A stretch of 64,000 nucleotides of DNA from Tubiluchus corallicola (Eukaryota > Animalia > Priapulida). This document shows positions 1 through 13,596 of this stretch, in pieces (position 1 is the first letter of the stretch; the number at the start of each line of letters is the position of its first letter). Below the pieces are notes generated by a model. It made no database searches, was not told the DNA's origin, and was given only the letters and a program-made list of their open reading frames with translations. Made by a program: the position numbers and the translations under genes. The DNA is taken from positions 372,001-436,000 of the forward strand of contig JAQGDQ010000028.1 in assembly GCA_030141605.1 (NCBI GenBank), in the 5' to 3' direction.

Positions 1-1
1 C

Positions 2-3000
2 TTTACGTTTAACGGACCACTGTCTCAGAAAACAGAGATTGAAAAGGTCAACTACCTTATGACGTATATCGGAGATAAAGGTAGAGAAGTCTATAGCACT
101 TTTAATTTTGCGCCAGCAACAGTGGAAGGCGGTAACCAAATTCCCCCAGAAAACCATACACTCTAGGGTGTCTGTGCTAAATTTGACGCCTATATAGCTC
201 CAAAAAGAAATGAAATAAGAGCTACAGTAGCGTTTGCACATAGAAAGCAAGAACAGAATGAAAGATTTGATGATTTTGTTACATCACTAAGAATTCTAGT
301 TAAAAACTGTGGTTTTGATGCACTAGAAGAAAGAATGTTACGTGATACCATTGTGTTGAGGTGCAAAGAATCTACAGTACAAGAAAAATGTCTTGATAAA
401 GGAGACGAACTCACTCTAGATATGGCCATTGGCATAGGACAAAATTATGAAATAGCACAAGATAGTATGAAAGCTAATCGGTGCAGGGTGGGATGAAGAT
501 AGTAAAATTCACAGTGTGCGTCCCAAACAGAAATCTAAATCAAGATCTACCTACACTATGAAATCCAAATTTCATGCTAAAACTAAATTTCATGACCAAC
601 AACAGTTGCCTAGTAAGAAAGAGTGCCATCGATGTGGTTATGGAATACACTTTAAATCACAATGCCCTGCTGTTCATCAGACTTGCAGCAAATGCAAAAA
701 GAAAGGTCATTTTGCAAGCAAATGTAGAAACAACGGCATAAATATTGTCGAAGACATAGTCTCATCAGATAGTGATGCAAATGGAGATGTTTTCGAAATG
801 ATTAAAACTGTTAATAGTGCAGTTGGAGACACCGAAGATTGGTATGCAACAGTGACAATAGCAAACCGTAAAGTGCAAGTCCAAATAGATACTGGTGCAG
901 CACAGTGTCTTTTGCCATGGAAATTAGTAAAAACTATGACTTGTCGCAACAATCTAGTTAAGACTAATAAAAAGTTTCAATCATATACTGGACATAAAAT
1001 TGATGTGATAGGGTGTGTAAAACTGGCTACAAGCTACAAGAAAAAGCAAGTAGATATTAAGTACTATGTGGTTGACATGGACCAAACACCTATTTTCTCA
1101 GGTAAAGCTAGTGCTAAGTTGGGACTAATAGAACGCATTAAAAAGGTGCAAGAAGTGTACCCTAAGCAACAAGGCATGCAAGAAAAGTTTCCTGAACTAA
1201 TGAAAACTACTGGAACTTTACCAGGTACTTATTCACTAAAGATAGATCCTAATTGTAAACCTGTTGTGCATGGTCCAAGGAGATATTCTGCACACTTACT
1301 GCCAAAAATTAAAGAAAAACTGAAGGAAATGGAAAAAGAAGGACATATTGCCAAAGTCACACAGCCAACTGACTGGGTAAGTTCCATGCAAGCAGTGGTG
1401 AAGAATGACAAAGTTCGCATTTGTCTTTATCCTTCAGATCTGAATAAAGCCATTCAAAGGGAAAATTACCCAATTCCTACTGTAGAGGAAGTATCTTCAA
1501 TACCCGATGCAAAAGTATTTTCTGTTGTGGATGCAAAGTCGGGCTATCTCCAAATTCCTTTGGATTATGAATCCAGTCTTTTGACCACAATGAATACACC
1601 ATTAGGAAGATATAGATGGTTGAAGCTTCCTTTTGGTATTAAGTCAGCACCGGAAATTTATCAAAGAATTATGGATAAAATGGTTGAAGATATTGATGGA
1701 GCACGTGCAATCATGGATGATGTCATAGTAGCTGGTACAGACAATGAACATCATGACCAAACTATGAAAAAACTAGTGAATCGAGCAATGGAATGGAATC
1801 TAAAATTAAATTTTGATAAATGCCAGTACAGAAAAGCTGAAGTTAAGTATGTCGGTCATGTGGTTGGTGCTACAGGAGTAAAAGCAGATCCAGGTAAAGT
1901 TAGAGCAGTACAAGAAATGCCTGCACCCACATGCAAGGAAGATGTACGACGATTTCTAGGTTTTATGCAGTATCTAGGAAAGTTTATTCCTAAACTAAGT
2001 GAAATAAATGCACCACTAAGGGAACTAATTAGAGACAAAACTCTGTTTCACTGGGACAAACCTCAAATGGAAAGTTTCCAGAAACTCAAAGATCTGGCAT
2101 GTAAATCTCCAGTGTTGGCACTGTATGATCCCAAAAAGCAGCATGTGATCCAATGTGATGCAAGTAGTTATGCAGTTGGGGATGTTTTGCTGCAAGACGG
2201 TCAACCTGTGGCCTACACATCTAGAACGATGAGTGAAAGAGAACAAAGATATGCACAGATTGAGAAAGAAATGCTGTCCATTGTGCATTGTTGTAGCAAA
2301 TTTCACTACTACGTTTTTGGTAGAGAGATCAGTGTAGAAAATGATCATAAACCATTGTAAACTATTTTTTGCAAGCCATTATCATCAGCACCTATGAGAC
2401 TACAATCTATGCTACTTAAATTACAGCCGTATAATATTAAAATGATGTACAAACCAGGCAAAGAAGTAGTGATAGGTGATATGCTAAGTCGTGCTAACTT
2501 ATCAGATGTAGCTCCAGAAATAGAAACTGTGTATGTTAATATGGTACAGCACATATCAGTGGCACCAGACAGATACAAACAGTTTCAGGAGACATACAGA
2601 TGAATTATATGAGTTGTACAAAATGATATTAAATGGTTGGCCAGACACTTGTAAAGAAGTTCCACATTCAGTTAGACCTTTTTGGAAAGACAGAGATAGT
2701 CTTGCTGTGTACGATGGTATGGTCTACAAAGGTCAACGTATTGTAGTTCCGCCAAGCATGAGAAAAAACATGTTGCGTCAAGTGCACAACACTCACATGG
2801 GAATTGTGAAGTGTAAAAAGAAAGCACGTGATTTGTTGTTTTGGCCAGGCATGTCGGCACAAATTGAAGAATTGATTGGTGACTGTGATTTATGCAACAC
2901 ATATCAAAACAATCAAACAAAAGAGCCTTTATGTGCAACTAAGACTCCAGAAGTGCCATGGATGGAGTTAGCGTCTGATTTGTTTGAATGGGAGAAAAAG

Positions 3001-3981
3001 CACTACATTGTTACAATGGATTATTTTTCAAAATACATTGAAGTAGATCAGTTGGAAGACATGACTAGCTCGTGTGTTATTGATAAGCTGAAGAATCAGA
3101 TTTGCAGACATGGAATACCAGAAGTCATAAAAACAGATAATGGACCACAGTATAGTTCTGATGAGTTTGATAAGTTTTGTGAAGAGTATGGTATCAGACA
3201 TGTGACTTCTTCGCCAATGTATCCTCAGTCAAATGGACAGTCAGAAAGAGGAGTGCAAATTGTCAAAAGGTTATGGAAGAAATGTGAGGATAAACAGTAT
3301 GCTCTGCTTGATTACCGTACTACACCTTTAAGCTGTGGCTTGTCTCCGTCTCAACTACTAATGTCTAGGAGGCTGAGAACTAAAATACCCACATCAGTTG
3401 AATTGCTAAAACCTCAACCCTATGATATGCGAGATATTCAAAGAAAATTTGAAGAAGAAAAGAACAGACAACAGTTCTACTATGACCAGAAAGCTTGCCA
3501 GGACTTACCAGTTTTAGTTCCTGGAGATCCTGTACGCAAGGCTCCCTTTCCTGGAGCTAATAATAACCAGTGGCTTCCGGCTACAGTTATAGCACATCAT
3601 AATACTCCAAGGTCTTATATTGTGGAGTATAATGGCAAGAAGTATCGGCGAAATTGGAAATTCCTACATTTATCTACTTACCAAGCTAACAGGGAAGGAA
3701 AACAACGTCTTAGTTCCTATCCAACTAGAGGCCAATTGTTTCAGTATGAACTTCCTAAAGCTACTTATATACCTAGGATAAATAATCAAAATTTACCTAT
3801 ACCAGATGTTTCACCTGATAATTTAGAAGAGAAGTCTAATGGAAATCATGTTGCTGAAGAAATGAAAGTTCCTCAGAATGTGAAGTCCAGAAGTCCTAAC
3901 CGCAAGGAATTACCAGAAGAAAAAGTAGTTACTACTAGAAGTGGTCGTGTGTCAAAGCCACCAAAAAGATTTGACTATTAA
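2..3981 (+). pseudogene. gag-pol polyprotein, disrupted
   Basis: In-frame TAG at 164-166 in gag, frameshift near 480-515, stop at 2358-2360 inside the RNase H HKPL(E) motif, and a frameshift near 2600. The pieces match ORFs 516..2360, 2394..2603 and 2533..3981. Confidence 0.9.
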
Positions 3982-4534
3982 CTGCAAGTTACTTATGTTT
4001 TCCTGTTCACAAGTTTAAATTTTGTGGATATTGTATTAGCACTTAACTGATTAAGAAGTCAAGTGGTTGTAGACATTTTCATTTTAATTGTGATTTTACT
4101 TGATACATATATAAGCACAAAGTTCTTGTAATTTATTAACCACTATGAGCTACAAAGTTAAGTTAGCTGTTAAATTGGTTTGTCTAAAAGTTCAATTTGT
4201 AACTGTTTGCAGCAGATGTGCATTCATGATTTGTTTGAGTACTTCTGACAGTTATAGTTAAATGAAAATTAAGTTCATTCCATTGTATTGCTGGAATTGT
4301 ACTTTTGTACCATATCATAGCTACTACTGAATTGTAAATTAGAAAGTACCCTCTATTTTATGCCCTATGCTAATCTAAGATTATTCAGAAGTTGAATGTA
4401 GTTAAACTGTGGAAGAAGCTTTGCTGAAGTTTTGTAATTCATACACTTTCGTTTAATGTAGTAGACTTGGAAGTTGACATTCTAAATTCCGTTTTGAGGT
4501 CAATAGGATTGTATCGCTTTGTGAAAAAGGGAGA

Positions 4535-4664
4535 TGTAACATATAGTCATAGATGTAGAACCTTGTACTAAAAGGTTACCCATGTTACTCGTAGATCCTC
4601 GTGGTAATAAACACATCATTTATGCATATCTGACAGTAATCACATATATCTCATATCAGATACA
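4535..4664 (+). repeat. Putative 3' LTR (~130 bp, TGTA...TACA)
   Basis: Starts right after the polypurine tract GAAAAAGGGAGA, contains AATAAA (~4606), and ends TACA where LINE-like sequence begins. The 5' LTR is not in the window, so the right end is inferred. Confidence 0.6.
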
Positions 4665-5130
4665 AATAGCTAAACCCACAGATATCATCACCAACATCAA
4701 ATCCTGTCTTTCCAGTCTTTTTCTACTAACATTATATAATAATTAATTTTGCCCTATCTAAATTATTTTATTGTTATATGGGAAACTATTTATCTAACAA
4801 AAATTGAAGTTTTAGCAACCCTGCAAGGAGATTGCTTAAAATATACTGTATGGATTAATTAAACATTCTAAAGTTCTTATCACTTAATTCATACAATGTA
4901 AACTACTACAAATAGGTGAATAGGTGATTTAATCAAATTTAACTATTCTAACTTTAACTAACATGCGTTTCTGTATGCATGCAACAATGGGTTGTATTCA
5001 AATTTTTTTGCAAATACAGTCAAGCTAGCATTAAATATGTATAATGCAAGATACAATGACTATACTTGTCTTTCTGAAGAAGGAATATCATTAAACATTT
5101 CATAACATTTCAAGGAAGTAAATCTTAGAA
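4665..5130 (+). mobile_element. Old LINE (CR1/L2-like) ORF2 C-terminal fragment, probably the Gypsy insertion target
   Basis: Degenerate reading LYN-LILPYLNYFIVIW...LQ near 4730-4840; same motif type as the LINE relic at 32855-33343. Confidence 0.5.
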
Positions 5131-6582
5131 TGAAATAAACCATTCAACAAGAAAAAGCCTAGAACATGATTATGCTTCATTAGCATGAGTGAATTTGTGT
5201 ACGTGCGCCAAGTTTATCCGCTCTTGCAGCAGTCAGTAAATCCAGTTTTCATTCACTATGTCTCTTTTCACCAAATGTATAAGTGTATAAATTATAACTA
5301 TTTCTTAATTAAGCGGCTTCTTCACGTTCTAGCCTCTTAATTAGTCTTCATTTGGTGTATTACATGCAGTACGTCGGCTTTCATCCACCGTATTATTCAT
5401 ACTCTCACTTCATAACATTAAAAGAAAACTGGATCCGATCTTAACCTGTAACTCAAATCTGTTTGTTCAAGTATAACTTACGAAAAAATGATTACCGCAG
5501 AAACCTAATTTTGCCTTCGCACATCTAGTTCTTCCCTGTTACATTGTGCCATTCACTAGTTAGTATTTACATAGTGCACTAGTGCCTGCATCTCCAAAAC
5601 ACTTTGCACATAAACAAGCGGTGTATGTTTCAGTTCAGATTTTGTTCAGTTGTGTCATACTGCACACGTTCGAGAGCTCATGCAGTAACGGACATTTAAA
5701 TTGTTAAACTTAAAATATGCCGGGCTTTTGTGTATCACATTGAGTGTTGTATAGTAGCACTGTACTTCAATTTTCACTTTTGCAAATATGTGCAACACGC
5801 TCGTGGAATGTTTGTGATGTAGAAAATTATGTTCATTTGTGACATCATCACTAGTTGGGCTCGTCCACCATTAATTAAATGTAATTATCAGGAACAGGTT
5901 GATATTATTATAGGTTATTAAGTTATATACTTTTTACCATACTTCAAAATGTAGAAGGATATGAAAAATAACCCTGTTTTCCTTAATTTATCGTTACTAT
6001 TTTAAATTTCTCATGGCATGACACTTGTTCAAGCTCTGCTTTTGTTTTTGCAGTTACACGTGCATTTCATTTTGTAGATCTTTCTTGTAACAACAACCCA
6101 CAATGCAAACTGATCTTAACATTATGAAGCCATAATAATCGATAATGCATGATCAGTCATATGTTTTCCAACACTTTATATATGCATATGATCTTGTCAA
6201 TCTTTTTGCAATAAAAATCGCGTTTCTAAACAGTACAAGACGTAACATCTAATTGGTGCAGTAACATGTCTGTATTGTGTCTTGCAACACTTGCTGTAAC
6301 TTATATTAATAACTGATTTATAACCTTGAATTGTAATTATGATGTAACGTTAAGGAATGCAATATGTGCTTTGTGAAATAAATAATCTTGAAGTCTTGAC
6401 TTTTGTTTGCTTGACTGATGGATTTTAAATTGCAAGCATACAGTCTAGTAATTACTTAAATGTAGAGCTAGACAGTTTGGTTTTGGATAATTTCTGAACA
6501 TAATTTACGAATATTTGATTGTGTTCTTAAATAACGTACATCTATTTTTTTAGACTTTAGCAGGCTTTAGATTCCTGACTTC

Positions 6583-9500
6583 ATGGCAGTGACAGATTTT
6601 GTGGACTATGAACACCTTTGCTATGATACAGACAGTGATTTTGCATTTGCCTTGCAATTGCAAGAAGATCTTGATGCGGAAGCAGCACGTCAGACATCGT
6701 TGACCTTCAAATCTGAAACTGAAACACCATTATATGATGTAAAAGCTGGTGCTAGTTCTAGTCATTTACCACAACTTCCAAGCATAGACAACAGTAATGA
6801 ATTTCGTAAGGAAAGTAAAACTAAGCCCATTTCCATTATTGATGAATCCTGGGAGCTCCTAGACCCAAATCCCGATATTCGATCTTTGTTCATTGAGTAT
6901 AACAAAACATATTTCTGGGGACGGCTGGATTCCGTGGAAGTTCGTTGGAGTCCAAAAATGACTTTGTAAGTTTGTAATTTGTTGCTATAAGTTTGTAATT
7001 GTTTTTAGTGTATTTCTTTCTTAGTAAGATTACAAACCTGGTATAAACATTGTTTTTCTCTGACGCAGGTGTTCACAAGTAGTGCAACAAGACTCTCTTA
7101 AACACTGAAACATACTTCTTAAGTTTCTCTTTCATTTATGTTATGTTGCTGTACTGTTGGTCTTAGTGAAACCTACTAAGAATTTGTTTCATAAAAATTA
7201 TACTTTACATTTTATTAAGTTTTTGGGTATTGTGTCCACGTAAAGAAACGAAGAAATCACAAAAGTTTGTAGTGTTGTTGTTTGAGATCTTTAAACTAAA
7301 ATATAAATGCTCTAGTGTGTCATTATAATTATAAACAGTTGATGTTTAGTTCGTAGTTGAAAAATTTCTCGTTTTTTAACAATTTATCGAAGAGTGAACT
7401 GCAGTCAGTTTCTACTATTACAGCTGAACATAACTTTTGTATTCAAATTCGTAATTTGTTTGTAAAATGTTGTTATATTGTCCATTTTACCCATTATTGT
7501 TATAATAGGTGTGCGGGAATGTGTTGCTATGAAGGTAGAGGAGGATTGTGTTCAATTAGACTGAGCCAACCATTGCTCAAACTTAGGCCTCGTAAAGACC
7601 TTGTAGAGACTTTGCTGGTAATTACGCATATTTATTTTGTAAATATAACTTATGAGAAGGATTTAAAAATATTTTCCTGCTGTTTATGCTGTTTAGCACA
7701 GTTTATCTGAAATAATAACAATTTCTTGTAGAAAATTTTGAATTGATAATAAGTACCCGAGTATCAAGCCAATTTATACATGCTGTCCACAGTGATGTGG
7801 AAGAAAAAACTTTCATTAAAAAACTTCAAAACGTAAAAATATTAAAATCAAAATAAATGTTGTGACTACACAGCCTAGCAGTCATCTTCAGCTTGAAGAG
7901 TTTATAAACAGCAATAAGTTTTATCTAGCGAACCCTACAGTACATTACATGAAAATGTCTAATTATATTTTCATACAGAAGCTAAAGATGTAGTAAAAGA
8001 GACATGTAGGGAACAAAATATACAGTAAAACTACATTAGGTGTTTGAAGACAAAATTAGAGGAATTAATCTACTTTGTACATTAAGAGAAGGAGTGTTAG
8101 GATACATGAACAAACTTTCGTTTATAATTAAAACTGGTTGCTGTTTGTAATATCATCACACTGAATGTGATTGCTAAACCGTGCAATCAAAACATTATTC
8201 GTAATTTTAATATATTTATGTTTTAAAGTTTTTTTAATAAAAATTGTCTTTCACAGTACCAAGTATACAGATGCAAACCTGCATAGCTTGAGTGTTGCGG
8301 GTGTTTGTTATGGAAAGTTATGCATAGTCAGGTCTGATTATTAAATGGATGGATGACAGGGAAAGCAGCGTCTAGGTGATGTCATTCACTGTATCGCCTT
8401 TAAGAGAGGCAATGTATTGCTTGTATTGGCTATTATCCTTTCAAGTGAGGATATATAAATGTGACTAAACACTTGCTTTATTTGGGGATTACCCTTGATA
8501 ACGAGCCAAATTATGGTCTCACAGTCATCTATACTAAGCAGGCTTCTTTACTGAGTGCTGGATTCAGGTTTCCAGGTGTCAAATCATGTAAGAATTAAAA
8601 GTGTTACAGCAGAAGGCACGTTAGAAAAAATTGTTAGAATCCTGAGAGTAATATGGGAAACTTACTCAAGTTGCAAGATTTGATTTACAAGTGAGATTGT
8701 ATAGGTGTCCCTTGTGTTTCTTACAGCATGAGATGATACATGCATTCTTGTTTGTTACCAACAATGACAGAGATCACGATGGCCATGGACCAAGATTTTG
8801 TCATCACATGAATCGAATCAACCGTCTCAGTGGTGCAAAGATTACAGTAAGTAAAGTTCTTTATAATTATTTAGTGACAGGTGTGTTAATCAATAGGCTA
8901 ACTAGGCTATAGCCTAGTGCGCCAAAGTTTGTGTGGGCAGTTGCTCAGTGCAGCTTTATATAAGTGCCACATAACGAACAGGTGCAAGGTATTACACAAC
9001 AAGCAGTTGTGCAGCTTGCTTGAATATAAGTGCTATGCAAATACATGTTAATTAATAGTGCTTCTAATGCACCACAAGTAATTGTTTATTGTGCTCATTA
9101 CATAATACATAAACAACCATAAGTTCACAATAGAGATGGGCTGGACAAAACTATCAGCCTAAGGCGATGTAAAGTCTTGATACGCTTGTTTAGTCAGTAT
9201 ATTTATTAACAGCTTGTGTTCATCGACTGTGTAAATCATACTGTTCTAGCAATTCAACAAATATAGTTCTTGTAATGTGTGCTCAATTAGTACTTCGCTT
9301 GAATCATGCACATATTCTTGTCTGTTATCAGTATGGCTTTTCTTAGCTTTGTATGACATAAAAAAATGTGCAGTAGTTAATTTTTAATAATATATATATT
9401 ATGATATAATTTTCTGTCTAGTGTCTTGGTCAAGATGTGAAACTTTGTTTAATCATGCTCAGGAAGTTTATTAAAGGTATAAATTGGAAATGCCTTGACA

Positions 9501-12500
9501 AAGAATTTTTGAAAATATTTATAGAACTGGTACTTGGATTAGATATAGTTTTACCTACAGAAATTCTCAGGCGATTTTTGCATAAAACGAATTAAATCTT
9601 AGTATTTTATGAATGGGACTCAGTGTATTCGAAAACTGCCATTTATTGCTTTTTATGCAAGGTGAGGTCAATAAAACTAATTTTACAATTGTAAACCGAG
9701 AAAAATTTTCATGTAATAAATACTTTTTAAGTACATATCTTGTAGTAGGGAGATGAAGACATACCAATCATGCACTCTGTGGGGAAAACACCAAATTTGG
9801 CATGTCAAACCTGTTATGATTAGAAATTTTTTCACCGTAGACTCATGCTGTACAAGACTTCTAATTGTCATAATAATTATTTAAATTTTAGACTGCATTA
9901 GCATGCCATAAACACTAGTGCATTGCGATCTTATCAGTAACAAGATAGTCTTTTAATACTATACCATTAACTGCAATTTCTGAGATCATTTACACTTCAT
10001 TTTTGCAATACACAGTAGAAAACATACTCAACTTCCAGCTCGCAACCAGTGTTTATGGATTGATGTATCTTTACTACATTTTCAAATGACTTTACAGATG
10101 ATTCAAGTTTTTAAGTTAGCCGCTCACCTACTCGCATATCAGTTACATATGTATTATTTTTTGCGTTTGTTTGGACTCTACTAAGCACGTTATTTATTCA
10201 CTTTGCCATTTAACATTACAATACGTGTAGCTGTAATTTTCATCATTGTACACACACAGTAATATTAAACGAAGAAATACATAAATATAAATGCTGCTTG
10301 TATTTTGTAAGTACCACCTGTTCTGCAGTTATGATATGTTTCTTATTAAGGACACGTATAAAATATACAATATTTTTAAAAGGTAACATTAGCAGGCTGT
10401 AAAATGTCTTGCGCTAGCTAGCTTGTACACATCTTGTGAAACAACAAATAAATAGAAATTTACGTTGTTTAAATTGGATAAAATATAAAAAAATTAATAA
10501 AACATAAGCAAAATCTATACATGATATAACATAAAGTGTCATAATTAAGAAAGATCATTGAATAGGGGTAAAGATGTTTTATAAAAATCGATTAATTTTG
10601 CTATATTTTAATAAACAGATTTCTGCAAGCTTCATACTAAAAACTGGCAGACTGGATGAGTTCACAGTATCATAACTAAGGTTGTTCCAGATGATATAAA
10701 TTTATTTTGAGAAAGAGCATGTGTACAAGTTCAACATAAAAGAATAGACTAAAAATTTACAGTTATGTTCTCGAAAATGTGGAGTTGGAGCAAAAGTAAA
10801 AGATATCTTCAAAATGTTGCTTAATTTCTTAATGACATCAGGTAACAGTCAGTTAGTGTTTGCACGATGCATAGAGCTTTAAATCGTCAATGTAACAATG
10901 GGAACGTCAAATATAAACAAAAACAGCCCTGGGATACTGCCTTGAACAGTGCCAATAATAAATGATCCATATTGTAAGAAATCAGAACCAATAATTACAC
11001 GCTGGCTATGATTACTCAGAACGCAATAGGCCCTTTTTATTTTCTAACCATGTTTTAGAAATCTTGGAAAGGTTTGTTATTCTCGTTCTTATAAGCAGTT
11101 CAATTTGTATTAAAAAAATTTCACATTTTCTGTTTTTCAAGTTTGTTATCAAAATTTAACTAATTGTGGGTTTGTACCATCATTTTTTATTCTCATGTAC
11201 CACAACAGTAATCAATGAACTGATAACAATCAGGAACTCGAGAGCATTCCACCTATGAGATGTACTCTAACCTAGCATTAATTTGGAAAAGGGCCTCTTA
11301 TTAAGGTGACCAGAGGCATCAATGAAATTCCCGTAGTTACCAAGTACGTCTGAGTGGAGTTTGATACAAAAAGATTCTATTTGGATTTCGGTATGCACAC
11401 ACAACTTTGTTCCAGTTATAAATGTATATGCACAATTAACAAAATGTGGATGTAAATCATGAAAGGAATGCCTTTCTCCAGGGGCGTATCAAGAGTTTAC
11501 GACTCCCTAGGCTGATAGTTCTGTCCCGCCCATTTGTGAATTTTTGTAATGAGCAGATTAAGCAGTTACTTGTGGTGTATTAGGAACACTATTAAGCTAG
11601 TTTCTACGAGTGGTTATGATTAGGTTATTATTAATTACATGTATTTGCATAGTGCTTATATTCAAGCAGGCTGCACAACTGCTTGTTGTGTAATACCTTG
11701 CACCTGTTCGTTATGTGGCACTTATATTTTATAGCTGTGTCCAGTAACTGCCTGTGGTGTGTTGTAAAATGTGCCCTTTACATGAATATCAAAGTATACA
11801 TGTTTTCCGAGGAGAACAAGAATTTTTTCTAAAATGTGATTCCCTGAAATTTTGGCGCCCTAGGCCACAGCCTAGTTAGCCTACTGGTTAATACGCCCCT
11901 GCCTTTCTCCCTTAAATGCATATATGCCTGTTTACAGTGCACTACAGTGTGTGGCTGTGGAGGAAATTGCCATTTGCTAATATACTACAAATGATATCTG
12001 GCAATGCAGTGTGACAAGTACACGTGTAAGCACATGTTATGGCATATTTGAATGGATCTGTCCTTCTGCCACTCTAAAGTAAGATAGACTTGCCCTTTCA
12101 AAACTTAACAAGAATCCACAAAATATAAAGAAAGGAAGTAAATAAATACGTCTGTTATAATTTTTCGTTTATTACATCTTACATTTTGATTTTACATCTG
12201 CAGCATACACATAACACCACCTTGTTGTGGAGCCTCCCTCGCAGATCCACATGGGTCTACGGTGAAAATTTCCAAATTTGTTCAAGGGTCATCTGTTCCA
12301 AATTTCATGCTTCCTACCTAGATCGCACTGCTAGGTAGATTGTTTCTGTTCCAGATATATCATAACTTTCACGATGAAGTTGATTCGTATCGACAGCATT
12401 GGTGGAAGTGCAACGGACCTTGTCAAAAGAGACCGCCATATTTTGGCATTGTTCAACGTGCCATGAATCGTCCGCCATCGCCCAATGATTTCTGGTGGAA

Positions 12501-13596
12501 AGACCATCAATTGACGTGCGGCGGGACCTACACTAAGATAAAAGAACCAGAAAACTTCAGTAAAAAATCGTGGAAGCGTAAAAGCGAAGATGATCTTAAT
12601 GCTATTTCAAAAAAGACTAAACCCAATACACGTGATATAAAAGATTTCTTCGTAAATGGAACTCAAGCAATGCCCAAGTCGTCCTTAGACAGTGCTGAAA
12701 TTAACGGTAATGACCAAGTTGCATTTAGTTCGGGGTCTGACATTAAAACTCTTGCTGACATTAAAGCTATAGTTCCACGGAAAGAGAAATATTTGAGAAA
12801 AGAAAGCACCTCAACGATATTGAAGCCTAAATTGCATGACAACAATAACAACAACAACAATGTTGCTGCTGAAGACGATGTTTTGTTAATAAAACACCAG
12901 TTTCCTATTAACAGACGGGGTGTGAAAACTGGCTGGACGGGTAGCGTGAGCAAGGGTGTTGCTCACAGAAACCCCACTCGGCGATCCGATTTGTCCTCTT
13001 CTGTGTTGATCCCATCTATCTCGACATCTGTTCGTGCCAGTGATTGGTCAGATACTAGCCGAATGTCAGTAAAATCAGAAGAAAGACTTAGTACATTATC
13101 CAATGTGCCTGTGATAAAAAAACCTGAAGTAAATGCAGCAATAGTTAAGTCATATAATGGCTTAACGATTATTGCCAATGCAAATACTCCTATTACTAAC
13201 AGTTGTATTTCAAATAAAAAGTCTTCAGACAACAAACGTGACCCAAGGGTGTTTTCTGGAACAGGATACGTGCTTGGTACAGGTGACTCCAATTTAAAAC
13301 CCATATGTGAGAGATTTGGCAAAAGTGTTACCAAAGCAACAGTGCCAAGTACGTTGAACTCCAGCCTATCTATAGTACCTTGTAACCCAATAAGCGGTGG
13401 TATAAACAAAAGCTGTAATAGTGCGAATGAAAGTAACAAACCATTTCAAGCTGATGAAGATGCTGATGTTGTTATAACTAATCAGTCTTTTAGTACATCT
13501 AGCAAAGCTGATCTGTCCTTAGTGGAATGTCCAAACTGTCAGAAACGTGTGTTTGAATCAAAAATAAATGAACATCTTGATTACTGTTTGCTATGA
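6583..13596 (+). CDS. SPRTN: SprT-like DNA-dependent metalloprotease Spartan/DVC1 (4 coding exons)
   Basis: Exons 6583-6965, 7509-7617, 8727-8846 and 12355-13596, all GT-AG and phase-consistent. SprT domain (WSPKMTL-CAGMC...LLKLRPRKDLVETLL-HEMIH), Zn-binding HWWKCNGPC, PIP-like DIKDFF, SHP box FSGTGYVLG, C-terminal UBZ CPNC...HLDYC. Confidence 0.95.
8878..9188 (-). mobile_element. hAT-type MITE, degenerate copy, inverted relative to 11479-11901
   Basis: Long reverse-complement match to 11479-11901. Flanks TTTAGTGA / TTTAGTCA resemble an 8-bp TSD (7/8). Confidence 0.7.
10540..11010 (-). mobile_element. Degenerate LINE RT 3' fragment
   Basis: Minus strand has a PQGS-like remnant (~10930) and an F....i..WNNL-type CR1 C-terminal remnant (~10680-10720); no intact ORF. 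Confidence 0.35.
11479..11901 (+). mobile_element. hAT-type MITE
   Basis: TIRs CAGGGGCGTAT / ATACGCCCCTG; perfect 8-bp TSD CCTTTCTC at 11471-11478 and 11902-11909. Confidence 0.88.

Larger units (their letters stand above)
1..4664 (+). mobile_element. Ty3/Gypsy LTR retrotransposon (Mag/K02A2.6-like), decayed; 5' part lies outside the window
   Basis: Domain order gag-PR-RT-RH-IN. Zn knuckles (CHRC..H..C; CSKCKKKGHFASKC), protease IDTGA, RT (LPFG...IMDD), RNase H (CDAS...ENDHKPL), integrase (HNTH..CDLC; TDNGPQY; NGQSERGV) and a TTRSGRVSKPP tail. PPT at 4523-4534 is followed by TGT. Confidence 0.93.

Noticed and set aside
12663-13439. Antisense ORFs (96 and 158 aa) over the last SPRTN exon, and the repeated short antisense ORFs in the viral array
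   Set aside because: Shadow frames of real coding sequence with no recognisable motifs.
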